From a virus: a stretch of DNA of 5,102 bases. Below are positions 4,619 to 5,102 of this stretch, piece by piece. The DNA lies in IMG/VR virus record IMGVR_UViG_3300045988_010309, positions 1 to 5,102 of that record. One strand, written 5' to 3'. Made by a program: the position numbers and the translations under genes. Under the pieces are notes generated by a model. That model made no database searches and was not told the DNA's origin. It was given only the letters and a program-made list of their open reading frames with translations. How positions within the stretch are numbered: the first letter of the stretch is position 1; every line of letters starts with the position of its first letter.

Positions 4619-5102
4619 ATGTCACGCAGAATTCGTGTTAAAGGTCATCGTTTTTCAGACGCTCCTGCTATGTATATGCGTCGAACTAAGTTTGACCGTT
4701 CGCATGTCTATAAGACTACTTTTGATTCAGGTAAACTCATTCCTGTATTTGTTGATGAGGTCTTGCCTGGCGATACTTCTAGGTTGAGCGTTAGATATTT
4801 TTCTAGGCTTGCTACTCCTATCAAGCCTATCATGGATAATATTTATCTTGACTGGTTCTTTTTCTTTGTTCCTAACCGCCTTGTGTGGTCACACTGGCAG
4901 AATTTCTGTTTTGAGCAAGAAGACCCCGACGATTCCACCGATTACGTTTGTCCTACTACTTCTCTTGTTGGCAAGGCAGGCGATACCTTAAATGGTATAG
5001 GTACTCTTTGGGATTATTTTGGACTTCCCACAGGTCTTCCCAATACCATATCTGGTATTAATGCTCTTCCGTTCCGTTGTGTTTATCTTATTTGGAACGA
5101 AT
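4619..5102 (+). CDS. VP1: Major capsid protein VP1 (phiX174 F homologue), 5' part. It runs off the window end and continues at position 1.
   Basis: ATG 4619 follows AAGGAG 4608..4613 with a 5-nt spacer. My hand translation finds no stop up to 5102. The N-terminus MSRRIRVKGHRFSDAPAMYMRRTKFDRSHVYKTTFDSGKLIPVFVDEVLPGDT...RLATPIKPIMDNIYLDWFFFFVPNRLVW fits the conserved Microviridae capsid N-terminal signature. Positions 4619..5047 are 429 nt (143 codons), so 5048 (= position 1) starts a codon. Confidence 0.95.
   Translation, partial: MSRRIRVKGHRFSDAPAMYMRRTKFDRSHVYKTTFDSGKLIPVFVDEVLPGDTSRLSVRYFSRLATPIKPIMDNIYLDWFFFFVPNRLVWSHWQNFCFEQEDPDDSTDYVCPTTSLVGKAGDTLNGIGTLWDYFGLPTGLPNTISGINALPFRCVYLIWNE
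5048..5102. repeat. Terminal redundancy, copy 2. Identical to 1..55.
   Basis: This is the same 55-nt string as 1..55. It most likely comes from assembly or linearisation of a circular genome rather than being a biological direct repeat. Confidence 0.97.

Noticed and set aside
1-5102. tRNA, rRNA, CRISPR arrays, IS elements, integrase, or toxin-antitoxin or other defence cassettes.
   Set aside because: I found no cloverleaf-like structures or spaced repeat arrays. The only long repeat is the 55-nt end overlap. The phage genes and the two short intergenic regions account for every substantial ORF.

Overview
This window holds one complete circular ssDNA phage genome of the family Microviridae, with a Gokushovirinae-type gene set. 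It was linearised inside the major capsid gene. Bases 1..55 are identical to 5048..5102, so the unit genome is 5047 nt and the capsid gene VP1 runs 4619..5047 and continues at 1..1314 (580 aa in total). All credible genes are on the + strand, which is T-rich with strong T-ending codon bias. Gene order on the circle is: VP1 (capsid), VP2 (pilot/minor capsid), a 79-aa protein with an N-terminal hydrophobic helix, an untracked 36-aa arginine-rich J/VP8-like protein, VP4 (HUH rolling-circle Rep), a low-GC accessory ORF of about 80-90 aa, VP5, then VP3 (internal scaffold). Two start codons in the ORF track look wrong: VP4 most likely starts at ATG 2482, and VP3 at TTG 4027 behind a near-perfect Shine-Dalgarno (SD) site. 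Non-coding signals include a perfect consensus sigma70-type promoter (TTGACA-N17-TATAAT, 2437..2465) in front of VP4 and a textbook intrinsic terminator (3946..3976) after VP5. A perfect 16-bp hairpin (4501..4541) sits in the VP3-VP1 intergenic region; its 9-nt loop carries ACTTGAT, which matches the phiX174 origin nick-site core as I recall it. I found no tRNA, rRNA, CRISPR array, IS element or integrase. All homology statements come from remembered family motifs, not from searches.
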